Assembly (NCBI GenBank): GCA_964605435.1
Contig: CAZSDE010000001.1
Span: 1-43,310, forward strand
Length of the DNA stretch: 43,310 nt
Origin: an uncultured Akkermansia sp.
GTDB taxonomy: Bacteria; Verrucomicrobiota; Verrucomicrobiia; Verrucomicrobiales; V1-33
Direction: 5' to 3'
Part shown: positions 27,543 to 35,853 of the stretch, piece after piece
Layout: the number at the start of each line of letters is the position of its first letter
How positions within the stretch are numbered: position 1 is the first letter of the stretch
The notes under the pieces: model-generated
What the model was told of the DNA's origin: nothing
The model's input: the letters and a program-made list of their open reading frames with translations, nothing else
Database searches by the model: none
Position numbers and translations under genes: made by a program

Positions 27543-29180
27543 TCAGGGACCAATGATTCGAAACAACCGCAGATCCGAGGAGGATCCAGCCTCCGCAAGG
27601 GCGTCGGCGGGCAAGCCCAGATGCAAGCCTACCGTGGCCGCAGGAAACCCAGAGGGCACCGCCACGACCACCCGGCCAGACGGCAACCGGTCCCGCAGCC
27701 CAGCCACCAGGGGCCGCAACTGCCCGGAATCAGCCGCTCCAGTGACACACCGGTCCAGTTCCCACGGTGCCGTCACACTCATGGCATGCCAACCAACGAG
27801 GATGTCTCCGGAAGTGGTTGCCGACTGCAGAAAATCCCGGTGATCCCGCAGCCATGCATGCGTCTTCCCCCGGTTCTCAATGCCCCGCGCCGCCAGTTCC
27901 GGAAGAGACAGGGCGACCGCCTGCTTGACCACGGTCCTCACCAAAGAGGACCCGGACACCTCACTGGTCACCGGCAACGCCGACACTTGCTCCACCGGAC
28001 CCTGAAAACCAGGCTCGAGACGGTCCAGCAGGGGACTCGTCACCATGCGGTCAGGCAGCAAGTCTTCCCCAGCCACGGCCAGCCCGGTCAGCATGGCCAC
28101 ACCCGCCGCCATGCCGGTCCGCAGCATTCTTCCACCCGCCATCCACACAGCCAGAAATGCCAGCGCGAGAAATGGCACAAAGAGCCGCCCATGGAAAATA
28201 TGCGTCGGTACCCCGGTCTCCCCACTGAGCCCCACCGAGAAACCCACAGCTGTCAGCAGCAGCGCCAGCAGCGCCACGGCCTGCTCGCGCGACATCATCT
28301 CCCGCACCCTCCCGCGCACCCACCACGCCAGCGGGACCACCACCAGCCCGCCCGCCACCAGAAACCGCACAACACCGAAGAACAGGGAGCCCGCCATCCC
28401 CCGGATCCCCGGCAGAACCCGCAGCCGGATCCGGTCTGCCAAACCCGCGCCAGGCACCGTCAGGACCGCCGGATCCCGCAGCACCCAGAGCTGCAGCACC
28501 AGCAGCACCAGCAACCCAGCCGCAAGGCCCGCCGCACAGCCGGCCAGCCACCAGCGCAGCCCCAGCGGCCACGGTCCACGCCAGCCAACCACGAGACCCC
28601 GCGAAATCAGCAGCGCTGGCATCACGAAAAATGCCACCCAGTGACACCATGCTCCCGCCAGACCAGCACCCAGTCCCCAGCCGAGCGCCGCCCGACGGGT
28701 CCACGGCCCACTCAGCACGCAGGATGCCGACCACAGCATTCCCGTCATCACAGCCACCGTGAAGATGTGAGGAAAGGCCATCGTCCCCGTCAGCCAGGAA
28801 GCCGGACTCAGCAGCACAAAGCCAACGGCCGGCCAGCCCCGTCCCCAGCCCAGCCGCCGACACAGACCATGCATGAACCATCCGCCCGCGAGCAGAATCA
28901 CCGCATTCCACAGCTGCACCGCCAGCGCATAGGAAAGTCCGGCCTTCCCCAGCAACCCCAGCCCGAACGCATATCCCGGTGGCCAGCTGCCGTACGCCAT
29001 CACCGCATCAGGATGCTGCAGACGATCCATCGAAATCAGACAGCGCCAGCCACCAGCCACCGACTCCGCAAAGCAGGGATAGAATTCGATATCGATCTCA
29101 TTCCGCGGAAACCGGGCGAACACCACGGCACTCAGCACGGCCACCGCGGCCAGCAGCATCCATGAAGGCAATGATTTCAT
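27543..29180 (-). CDS. GT-C-like (ArnT/PMT-like) polytopic membrane protein with a ~170-aa C-terminal soluble domain
   Basis: Start at ATG 29180 (MKSLPSWMLLAAVAVL), forming an ATGA overlap with the upstream stop. About 11-12 TM helices and a PPGYAFGL loop reminiscent of GT39/GT83. Family call is tentative. Confidence 0.5.
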   Translation of the reverse strand: MKSLPSWMLLAAVAVLSAVVFARFPRNEIDIEFYPCFAESVAGGWRCLISMDRLQHPDAVMAYGSWPPGYAFGLGLLGKAGLSYALAVQLWNAVILLAGGWFMHGLCRRLGWGRGWPAVGFVLLSPASWLTGTMAFPHIFTVAVMTGMLWSASCVLSGPWTRRAALGWGLGAGLAGAWCHWVAFFVMPALLISRGLVVGWRGPWPLGLRWWLAGCAAGLAAGLLVLLVLQLWVLRDPAVLTVPGAGLADRIRLRVLPGIRGMAGSLFFGVVRFLVAGGLVVVPLAWWVRGRVREMMSREQAVALLALLLTAVGFSVGLSGETGVPTHIFHGRLFVPFLALAFLAVWMAGGRMLRTGMAAGVAMLTGLAVAGEDLLPDRMVTSPLLDRLEPGFQGPVEQVSALPVTSEVSGSSLVRTVVKQAVALSLPELAARGIENRGKTHAWLRDHRDFLQSATTSGDILVGWHAMSVTAPWELDRCVTGAADSGQLRPLVAGLRDRLPSGRVVVAVPSGFPAATVGLHLGLPADALAEAGSSSDLRLFRIIGP

Positions 29181-30235
29181 GGCCTCGACTCCATCACCCG
29201 CCGGCACCACCGCAGCAGCGGCTTCTCCACCAGCAGACTGGCCACCACCCCGGCAGCCAGCGAAAGCAAACCCACCACCACCGTCACCGGCAGCGCCCAC
29301 CCCGACGCGCGCCCAGACCAGTGCCCCGCATTCATGAACAGCCATTCCTGCACTGGCATGTGCACAAGGTACACCCCATACGAACAGGACCCCAGCAAGC
29401 CCAGCCATCCCGGCACCGTCTGACCCTGCTGCTCCCACCCGACCAGCCCAGCCACCATCAGTGACGCCGCCAATCCATGAAGCAGCCAGCGCCACGAACC
29501 CGCCGCCGCCCCATGACGGACTTCCAGCCAGCCTCCCGCCGCCAGCAGCAGCATGCCACCCGCCAGAACCCAGCGCGCCCGGCCACGAAACCATCCCCTC
29601 CCCACAAGGACCGCCACCCCCACCCCGGCCAGAAACTCCAGCGAACGCAGCGACAGCATCTGCTGCAGCCATGGCGACCGCAGCCCCGCTCCACTCCATG
29701 CCGACCCGATTGCCAGCAGCCCCAGCACAATCCACACGGCCCAGCCAAGCCTCCGCTGCACCAGAAAGGGAATGAACAGAAGATAGAACATCACTTCAAA
29801 TCGCAGCGTCCACGCCACCCCCAGCAGCGGATCCCTCTCCCCCGGCAGCAGCAGCAGACTGCTCACCGCCTCACCCCACCCAAATCCCTCCATCCCATTC
29901 GCCTTTCTCAGCAGATAATGCGCCGGGAAATACAGCGCACAGACCACCCAGTAAAAAGGATAGATCCGGCAGAAGCGCCGCACCGCATAATTCCAGATGT
30001 CCCCGCCGCCGCATCCCTCCCGCGGATTGGTCCACGCCATCAGAAACCCACTCAGCACAAAGAATACATCCACCCCCAGCTGCCCAGCCAGCGACACATT
30101 GCCCAGAAACGTCTTCCCATAATGCCACGGCAGACTGGCCATGCCAAAAGCATGATGAATGACCACTCCCAGCGCCGCGATGCCCCGCAGCGCCTCAAGA
30201 CTCCGCAGCACCGGCCTCCGCAGCGCGGAATTCAT
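29177..30235 (-). CDS. acyltransferase family 3 (AT3/OafA-like) membrane O-acyltransferase
   Basis: SLEALRGIAALGVVIHH opening diagnostic of AT3 proteins, about 10 TM helices. ATGA overlaps with neighbours at both ends. Confidence 0.85.
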   Translation of the reverse strand: MNSALRRPVLRSLEALRGIAALGVVIHHAFGMASLPWHYGKTFLGNVSLAGQLGVDVFFVLSGFLMAWTNPREGCGGGDIWNYAVRRFCRIYPFYWVVCALYFPAHYLLRKANGMEGFGWGEAVSSLLLLPGERDPLLGVAWTLRFEVMFYLLFIPFLVQRRLGWAVWIVLGLLAIGSAWSGAGLRSPWLQQMLSLRSLEFLAGVGVAVLVGRGWFRGRARWVLAGGMLLLAAGGWLEVRHGAAAGSWRWLLHGLAASLMVAGLVGWEQQGQTVPGWLGLLGSCSYGVYLVHMPVQEWLFMNAGHWSGRASGWALPVTVVVGLLSLAAGVVASLLVEKPLLRWCRRVMESRP

Positions 30236-31176
30236 CGGCTCCCGCCCGCCCGCTCAAGAATCCGTACGACTTCCAACCCGTTCCTCCCGCACGACCGCGG
30301 CACGCCCCGGCTCTCGACACATTCCAGAAAATGCCTCAGTTCCGCCTCGAGGGCCTGATGCCCGGCCGGAGCCGTAAAAAGCACTTCCGTGCCGCCATCC
30401 ACATTCGCCAGAGCCCGGTCGATCGTCTTCCGCACCAGCGTCACGGTCTCGCTCTTCTCATCATAACAAAGCATCCCGCGCTCCCCGATGATCCGCAGCC
30501 CCCGCCGGTCCTCCGGCCACAGCCACGAATTATGCAGATGCGCCACCGCCCCATCCGCAAAGGTCAGATGCAGATAGGTGTCATCCTCGATCCCAGCCTG
30601 CAATCCACAGTGACCACTGAAACTCACGCCCGTCACCACCGACCCCGCCAGATGCAGCAGGGCGGCCACATCATGAACCCCCAGACTCCACAGCGCATTC
30701 TCCACCGCCCTCGCCTTGCCATGCTTCATCCGTTCCTGATGAAAGGTGAAGACCCGGCCAAGCTGCCCCGCGGCAAGGTACTCCTTCAGAAAAATCACGG
30801 CCGGCTTGTACAGCAGCAGATGCCCGGTCATAAGAATCCTCCCGCCGCGCTCCGCCGCTTCCACAAGGTCCTCCGCTTCCACCGAGGTCAGCGCGATCGG
30901 CTTCTCCACAAAGACGTCCTTGCCAGCCAGCAGACAGGTCTTCGCTACCCGGTGATGCGTCGGAGCCGGGGTCGCCACAGCCACACTCCCCACCGTGCCA
31001 TCACCCAGCAGTTCCCCATAGTCAGCAAGTACCGTGACCCCCGGAAAATCCCCGGCAAGCATCCCGCGAACCTTCGGGTCGGCTTCCACCACGGAATGAA
31101 GGGCCCCCATGCCATGCAGGGTCTTGACAATATTGCGACCCCACGGGCCGGCTCCGATGACAGCGGTCTTCTTCAC
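30232..31176 (-). CDS. Gfo/Idh/MocA-family NAD-dependent oxidoreductase (WbpB/WlbA-like 3-dehydrogenase by context)
   Basis: (M)KKTAVIGAGPWG Rossmann start and VFVEKP motif. The role assignment rests on co-occurrence with WbpA/E/D-like genes. GTG start at 31176. Confidence 0.65.
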   Translation of the reverse strand: MKKTAVIGAGPWGRNIVKTLHGMGALHSVVEADPKVRGMLAGDFPGVTVLADYGELLGDGTVGSVAVATPAPTHHRVAKTCLLAGKDVFVEKPIALTSVEAEDLVEAAERGGRILMTGHLLLYKPAVIFLKEYLAAGQLGRVFTFHQERMKHGKARAVENALWSLGVHDVAALLHLAGSVVTGVSFSGHCGLQAGIEDDTYLHLTFADGAVAHLHNSWLWPEDRRGLRIIGERGMLCYDEKSETVTLVRKTIDRALANVDGGTEVLFTAPAGHQALEAELRHFLECVESRGVPRSCGRNGLEVVRILERAGGSR

Positions 31177-31205
31177 GGATTACAGGAGTTTACAGGGAAA
31201 GCCAG

Positions 31206-31925
31206 TCACGTCCCCGGCGTGGCCGCCACCATGAGAGGATAGCCGCCCAGAACCCGGACCGTGAAGTCCGGAGCCAGCGCAAACAATACCTTCCGCGGCA
31301 GCTTCATGAGGCGGAACTTCCAGTTCGCATACGAACTCGTGCTGCTGTCCGTATAGAACCACCGGTCCACCACGTAACCAGTGTCACGCAGCGTCGCGAG
31401 CGCCGTCTCCTTGCAGAAATAATGAAGGTGACCCACCTCGCGCCGCACCCGCACAATGGGCTCGAGCCGGAAAACCATCTGCGCATTCATATCCAGCGGA
31501 ATGTGGAAAATGAAATGCCGCGCCAGCCCGCGCAGACTCCGCAGAAATCCCATGTAGTCCTCCACATGCTCGAAGACATCCAGACAGAGCGCCACATCAA
31601 ACGGCTTCTCGAGAACCTTGCCCGCTGGCGATTCATGCAGAAACTCCAGACGGCCCCCGGCCCGCGTCCGGCACACGGCATATGCCTCAGGCATCGGTTC
31701 ATACCCGGTGAACTGCGTGTCCGGAAGATGCTTCGCGAGTTCCACAAGGATCCCACCCCCGCCGCAGCCAATCTCGCAGACCCGCGAGGCAGACCAACCC
31801 TGCGCCGCCAGCATCCGGCGCACCCCGGCAGCCTTCCACGCCGCATTGTCGTCACCAAACGACGAATTCTTCGCCGCATAGGTGCCATCCAGATAGATCG
31901 AGGCTACGGAGTCTCCGGGTTTCAT
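31206..31925 (-). CDS. class I SAM-dependent methyltransferase
   Basis: VCEIGCGGGGIL (motif I) and LCLDVFEHV (motif II/III region). Confidence 0.8.
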   Translation of the reverse strand: MKPGDSVASIYLDGTYAAKNSSFGDDNAAWKAAGVRRMLAAQGWSASRVCEIGCGGGGILVELAKHLPDTQFTGYEPMPEAYAVCRTRAGGRLEFLHESPAGKVLEKPFDVALCLDVFEHVEDYMGFLRSLRGLARHFIFHIPLDMNAQMVFRLEPIVRVRREVGHLHYFCKETALATLRDTGYVVDRWFYTDSSTSSYANWKFRLMKLPRKVLFALAPDFTVRVLGGYPLMVAATPGT

Positions 31926-31940
31926 GACCGTAGAACGGTG

Positions 31941-33257
31941 TCAGGCTTTGGTCACCTGTCCAGGAGACGTGCGCACCTTCGCCATGGCATTGCGCGTGTC
32001 CACAATGCACGGAGCCCACGCCGCCAGTTCCTCGAGATCCACCGCCGCATGATGCGTGGAAATCAGCACCAGATCAAACGAACCCACCGTTTCCCGGTCC
32101 CACGCAATGCTCTTCATGCCAGTGTACTCAGCATGCTCCCGCGTCGGAGTAACCACCGGAATGTGCGGATCGTGATACGCAATCTCCGCACCCTGCGCCT
32201 TCAGCAGATCAAAGAGATGGAAGGTCGGACTCTCCCGCATGTCATCGACATTCGCCTTGTACGCCAGCCCCATCACCAGAATCCGGCTGCCGTTGAGGGC
32301 CTTGCGGTCCCGGTTAAGCCGCTCCGCCACCCTCCTCACCACATAGCCAGGCATCCCCTCATTGATCTCCCCAGCCAGCTCAATGAAGCGGGTGTGAATT
32401 CCGAACTCCCGCGCCTTCCACGTGAGATAGAAGGGATCAATCGGAATGCAGTGCCCGCCCAGACCCGGCCCGGGGTAGAAAGCCGTGAACCCAAACGGCT
32501 TAGTCTTCGCGGCGTCAATCACTTCCCAGATGTCGATGCCCATGGCGTCGGCCACGGTCTTCATCTCGTTCACAAGTCCAATGTTCACTGCCCGGAAAAT
32601 GTTCTCCAGTAGCTTCACCATCTCAGCCACCCGCGTCGAAGTCACCGGCACCACCTTTCCGTAAATCGCCCCATACACCGCCACCCCCTGCTCAAGACAG
32701 GCGGCTGTGTGCCCGCCCACCACCTTCGGAATCCCTGTGCCGTGAAACTCAGGATTGCCCGGATCCTCACGCTCCGGCGAGAAGACAAGGAAGTAGTCCT
32801 TCCCCAGCGTAAAGCCCCGGCCCTCGATCTGCCCGAGAAATTCCTCCTCGGTAGTTCCCGGATACGTCGTGCTCTCCAGACACACCAGCTGCCCAGCCCG
32901 CAGATGCGGCAGAATGGTGTCACGCGTGGCCCGCACATAGCTCAGGTCCGGCTCATGATGACGGTCCAGCGGCGTCGGCACACAGATGATGATCACATCC
33001 ACTTCCGGAATCCGCGCGAAATCAGAGGTCGCACTGAGCAGTCCCGCCTGCACCGACGATCCCACCCGCCCGGCACTGATGTGCTGAATGTAACTGGTCC
33101 CCGCATTGAGCGCGTCCACTTTCCGCTGGTCCACATCGAATCCAATCACCCGGATTCCCTTCTCCGCAAAGCCCAGCACCAGCGGCAGCCCTACATAGCC
33201 AAGACCAAGAACGCCGATCACCGCAGTGCCGGCCGACAGTTTTTCTTTGGGTGTCAT
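31941..33257 (-). CDS. UDP-N-acetyl-D-hexosamine 6-dehydrogenase (WbpA/WecC/TviB-like nucleotide-sugar dehydrogenase)
   Basis: VIGVLGLGYVGLPL NAD fold, a GGHCIP catalytic Cys block, and 438 aa length typical of the UDP-GlcNAc/ManNAc dehydrogenase subgroup. Confidence 0.85.
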   Translation of the reverse strand: MTPKEKLSAGTAVIGVLGLGYVGLPLVLGFAEKGIRVIGFDVDQRKVDALNAGTSYIQHISAGRVGSSVQAGLLSATSDFARIPEVDVIIICVPTPLDRHHEPDLSYVRATRDTILPHLRAGQLVCLESTTYPGTTEEEFLGQIEGRGFTLGKDYFLVFSPEREDPGNPEFHGTGIPKVVGGHTAACLEQGVAVYGAIYGKVVPVTSTRVAEMVKLLENIFRAVNIGLVNEMKTVADAMGIDIWEVIDAAKTKPFGFTAFYPGPGLGGHCIPIDPFYLTWKAREFGIHTRFIELAGEINEGMPGYVVRRVAERLNRDRKALNGSRILVMGLAYKANVDDMRESPTFHLFDLLKAQGAEIAYHDPHIPVVTPTREHAEYTGMKSIAWDRETVGSFDLVLISTHHAAVDLEELAAWAPCIVDTRNAMAKVRTSPGQVTKA

Positions 33258-33297
33258 AAAGGTAGATTATGGGTTGATGTTGCAATGATAATGAAAT

Positions 33298-34542
33298 TCA
33301 CGGTCCTCCCGTCCGCTCCCGCAGCCCCGCAAACGGCCCGCCCTCGGAAGTGAGGCGGTCGAATTCATGCAGCGCCATTCCGGTGACCTGATCCATGTTG
33401 TAGTACTGATAGGTCGCCAGCCGGCCGCAGAATGTCACCCCGCTCTCGCCCTGCGAGAGGGACTTGTAGCGCGCATAAAGCGCCCGGGCATCCGGTGCAG
33501 GGACCGGATAATACGGCTCCCGGCCCGGCGCATCGGCCAGTGGATACTCCCTCACAATGTTCGTGTGCGGCGTCGCCTGACCAGTCGCATGCTTGATCTC
33601 CACAATCCGCGTGAACTCATGATCGTTCGGATAGTTCACCTGCAGGGCCGGCTGCCAGAAACCAGGCCGTCCGGACACCGCTTCCCGTCCAGCCCGCTCC
33701 AGTTCCCCGCCAGTGAATGATTCCGCTTCAAACCGCAGCGACCGCCAGGGAAGCCGGCCATGCGAATAGCCGAAATACGCATCCACCGGACCAGTGTAGA
33801 TCGTGTGCCGCGCCTCGAAGTGCCGCCGCACCTCCAGAAAATCGGTGTCGAGATGCACCTGCAGCCCAGGCGATGCGTCAATCATGCGCTCGAACATCCG
33901 CGTGTATCCCTCCGAGGGCAGTGCCTGAAATTCCTCCCGCAGATAGCGGTCGTCCCGCGCCGTCCGGATCGGAATGCGCGCACAAACCGATGCATCAAGC
34001 TCCCGCGGCTCCCGACCCCACTGCTTCCGCGTGTACCCGCGGAAAAAGCGTTCGTACAGTTCCGGCCCAGCCACGGAAAGGATGAATTCTTCGCTGTTCG
34101 CAGGTGCGTCACACGGAATCCGCACCGCGTCCAGCCACGCCGCAAATTCCGCTGCGGTCCCCGACCGTCCCTGCAGCTGCTCCCACGTCGCCAGATTCAC
34201 CGGAAAACTCCAGTACCGTCCATGCGTCCAGCTCTGGATCCGATACGTCACCCGCTGCCATTCCGTGAACCGGCTCAGATACTCCCTCACCCTCCGGCTG
34301 TTCGTCCGGAAATAGTGCGGGCCATACACATGATACAGCACCCCATTGGCATCGGTCCGGTCCCACGCATTCCCCCCGATGTGCCCGCGCCTCTCCACCA
34401 CAGCCACCCGCAGGCCGTGCGCCGCAAAACGCTCAGCCAGCACCAGCCCGGAAAATCCAGCGCCGGCAATCAGTACATCAACCCGCTCCTTCACTGCCTT
34501 GTAAACATGCTGCCGCCCCCGGCCAGAGGTGGAATCATCCAC
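33298..34542 (-). CDS. glf: UDP-galactopyranose mutase
   Basis: VDVLIAGAGFSGLVLAERF FAD fold, then GGN.WD, Y.HVYGPHYF.T and YY.M blocks characteristic of Glf. The start is uncertain: GTG at 34542 or in-frame GTG at 34494 giving (M)KERVDVLIAGAG. Confidence 0.85.
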   Translation of the reverse strand: MDDSTSGRGRQHVYKAVKERVDVLIAGAGFSGLVLAERFAAHGLRVAVVERRGHIGGNAWDRTDANGVLYHVYGPHYFRTNSRRVREYLSRFTEWQRVTYRIQSWTHGRYWSFPVNLATWEQLQGRSGTAAEFAAWLDAVRIPCDAPANSEEFILSVAGPELYERFFRGYTRKQWGREPRELDASVCARIPIRTARDDRYLREEFQALPSEGYTRMFERMIDASPGLQVHLDTDFLEVRRHFEARHTIYTGPVDAYFGYSHGRLPWRSLRFEAESFTGGELERAGREAVSGRPGFWQPALQVNYPNDHEFTRIVEIKHATGQATPHTNIVREYPLADAPGREPYYPVPAPDARALYARYKSLSQGESGVTFCGRLATYQYYNMDQVTGMALHEFDRLTSEGGPFAGLRERTGGP

Positions 34543-34569
34543 TCCAGCCGCACGGCAGAAAAAAAGAAA

Positions 34570-34593
34570 AGAGACAACAGAGACAACAGAGAC
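34570..34593 (-). repeat. 9-nt tandem repeat (plus strand GAGACAACA x 2.7; transcript UGUUGUCUC) in the nusG-paralog/glf spacer
   Basis: Read directly from the sequence. It is flanked by A6/A4 runs (T6/T4 on the transcribed strand). The 37 nt from 34557 to 34593 contain no T on the plus strand. Confidence 0.9.
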
Positions 34594-34679
34594 ATAGAAT
34601 CACCGTCGCAGATGGCTCGAGAGGGCGGAACCTCCATCCCCACAGGGACAGCCGTTCCTATGACTCCACACAAGGCCCG

Positions 34680-35219
34680 TCAGAAAACGGCCTCACGCGG
34701 ATTCCGCTCGTTCAGTACAGAAAGAATCGACATCTCCACCTCATGCTGGTTCCCAAGGAACTCCAGCAGCACCCGCACCCGCTGCGCCCCCGGCAGCACC
34801 CGCGTCACCTTCGCCTCCTGCCCACGCAGCGGTCCCTCCACCACTTCCACCACCTCCCCAGCCTCAATCGTCAGCGGCACCGTGATACTGTCCTTCTCAT
34901 CCACCACTTCACGCAAATCCCGGATCACCGCATCAGGCACCGCCCCGAAATCCTCCATGAAGGTCAGTACCTGCGAAACAAAGGGCGTCGCCTGCACATG
35001 CCGCACCCCCTCAGGCCGGAACCGCGCAAACAAATACCCCGGAAACAAAGCCTCCACATACCATACCTTCCCACGCACCGTCTTCTTCTGATGCCGCAGC
35101 CGCGGACAGAATGCCTCGTACCCAGCGGCCGCCAGATGCTGCGCCGCCAGATGCTCCCCCTTCGGCTTGCCGCGGATGCAGCGCCACCGAAGGTCGTCTG
35201 GTTGTGTTTGTGTTGCCAT
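34680..35219 (-). CDS. NusG-paralog transcription antiterminator (RfaH/UpxY/LoaP-like)
   Basis: NGN-like W.C....PK.E..A...L...G.E.F.P......K...GK.......LFPGYLFARF and a KOW motif GEVVEVVEGPLRGQEAKVTRV. First gene of the glycan operon. ATG at 35219 (alternative GTG at 35249). Confidence 0.8.
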   Translation of the reverse strand: MATQTQPDDLRWRCIRGKPKGEHLAAQHLAAAGYEAFCPRLRHQKKTVRGKVWYVEALFPGYLFARFRPEGVRHVQATPFVSQVLTFMEDFGAVPDAVIRDLREVVDEKDSITVPLTIEAGEVVEVVEGPLRGQEAKVTRVLPGAQRVRVLLEFLGNQHEVEMSILSVLNERNPREAVF

Positions 35220-35250
35220 GAGTTCGGGTAAATTCCTCTGCGCTCCCACC

Positions 35251-35769
35251 TCAGTCCAGCAACCCCGTCAGCAGCGGCAGCACCGCCTGACCCCGCGCAT
35301 GCCACTGACTCAGCTTGCCCACTCGCGCCCGGTAAAATTCCACCAGCCCTTCCTCCGCACCATCCGCCGCCGCCCGCAACTGCTCCAGCCGCTCCCCTCC
35401 CTCCTCCAGCCGCGGACTCACCTCCTCACGGATAAATCCCGCCACCAGCTTCTTCAGTTCAGTCTCCGCCGCATAGTGATCCCGCCGATCCCCCCCCACA
35501 TACACCTGCTTCACCGCCCCAAGCCCCCGCAGCACCTTCAATCCCTGACTCGCCGACCCCTTGCTGATCCCCAGCCGCACCACCAACGCATCAAGCGGCA
35601 GCGGCTCCGGCGTAATAAACAGCAACCCATAAATCTCCCCCACCGAACGCGGCATCCCCAAAAGCTTCACCGCATTCACAAACACCCCAATCACATCCAT
35701 CTCAATGGACGTCAGCCCATTGCTCCGACCCATTCCGGTCTCTCGATCTCTGATCACTGCGGATGACAT
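35251..35769 (-). CDS. GbsR/MarR-family winged-helix transcriptional regulator
   Basis: GMPRSVGEIYGLLFITPEPLPLDALVVRLGISKGSASQGLKVLRGLGAV....GDRRDHYAAE follows the GbsR/OpuAR-type wHTH pattern. Confidence 0.7.
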   Translation of the reverse strand: MSSAVIRDRETGMGRSNGLTSIEMDVIGVFVNAVKLLGMPRSVGEIYGLLFITPEPLPLDALVVRLGISKGSASQGLKVLRGLGAVKQVYVGGDRRDHYAAETELKKLVAGFIREEVSPRLEEGGERLEQLRAAADGAEEGLVEFYRARVGKLSQWHARGQAVLPLLTGLLD

Positions 35770-35853
35770 GAAGAACGCAGAAAACCAGAATCTTTGGAAT
35801 GTTCAAGAAAAAATGAACGGATTGTTGCGGTGAGGCAATAAGCTGCCGCCGTC

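Noticed and set aside
29181-29735. 185-aa Gly/Ala-rich N-terminal extension of the GT-C-like ORF (730 aa in the track).
   Set aside because: It lies entirely inside the AT3 acyltransferase gene in another frame. The ATG at 29180 forms an ATGA overlap with the AT3 stop and is followed at once by a signal-anchor-like helix.
34550-34600. T4/T6 runs after the NusG-paralog gene as an intrinsic terminator or attenuator.
   Set aside because: No GC-rich stem directly precedes the T-runs; the preceding sequence is the UGUCUC repeat. It is reported as an unusual leader element instead.
35770-35853. ECF-type promoter (GAAC ... CGT) between the sigma factor gene and the GbsR-like gene.
   Set aside because: The GAAC and CGT elements I could find are about 23 nt apart, where about 16-17 nt is expected, and the putative -10 would sit only about 6 nt from the ATG. 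This is not convincing by eye.
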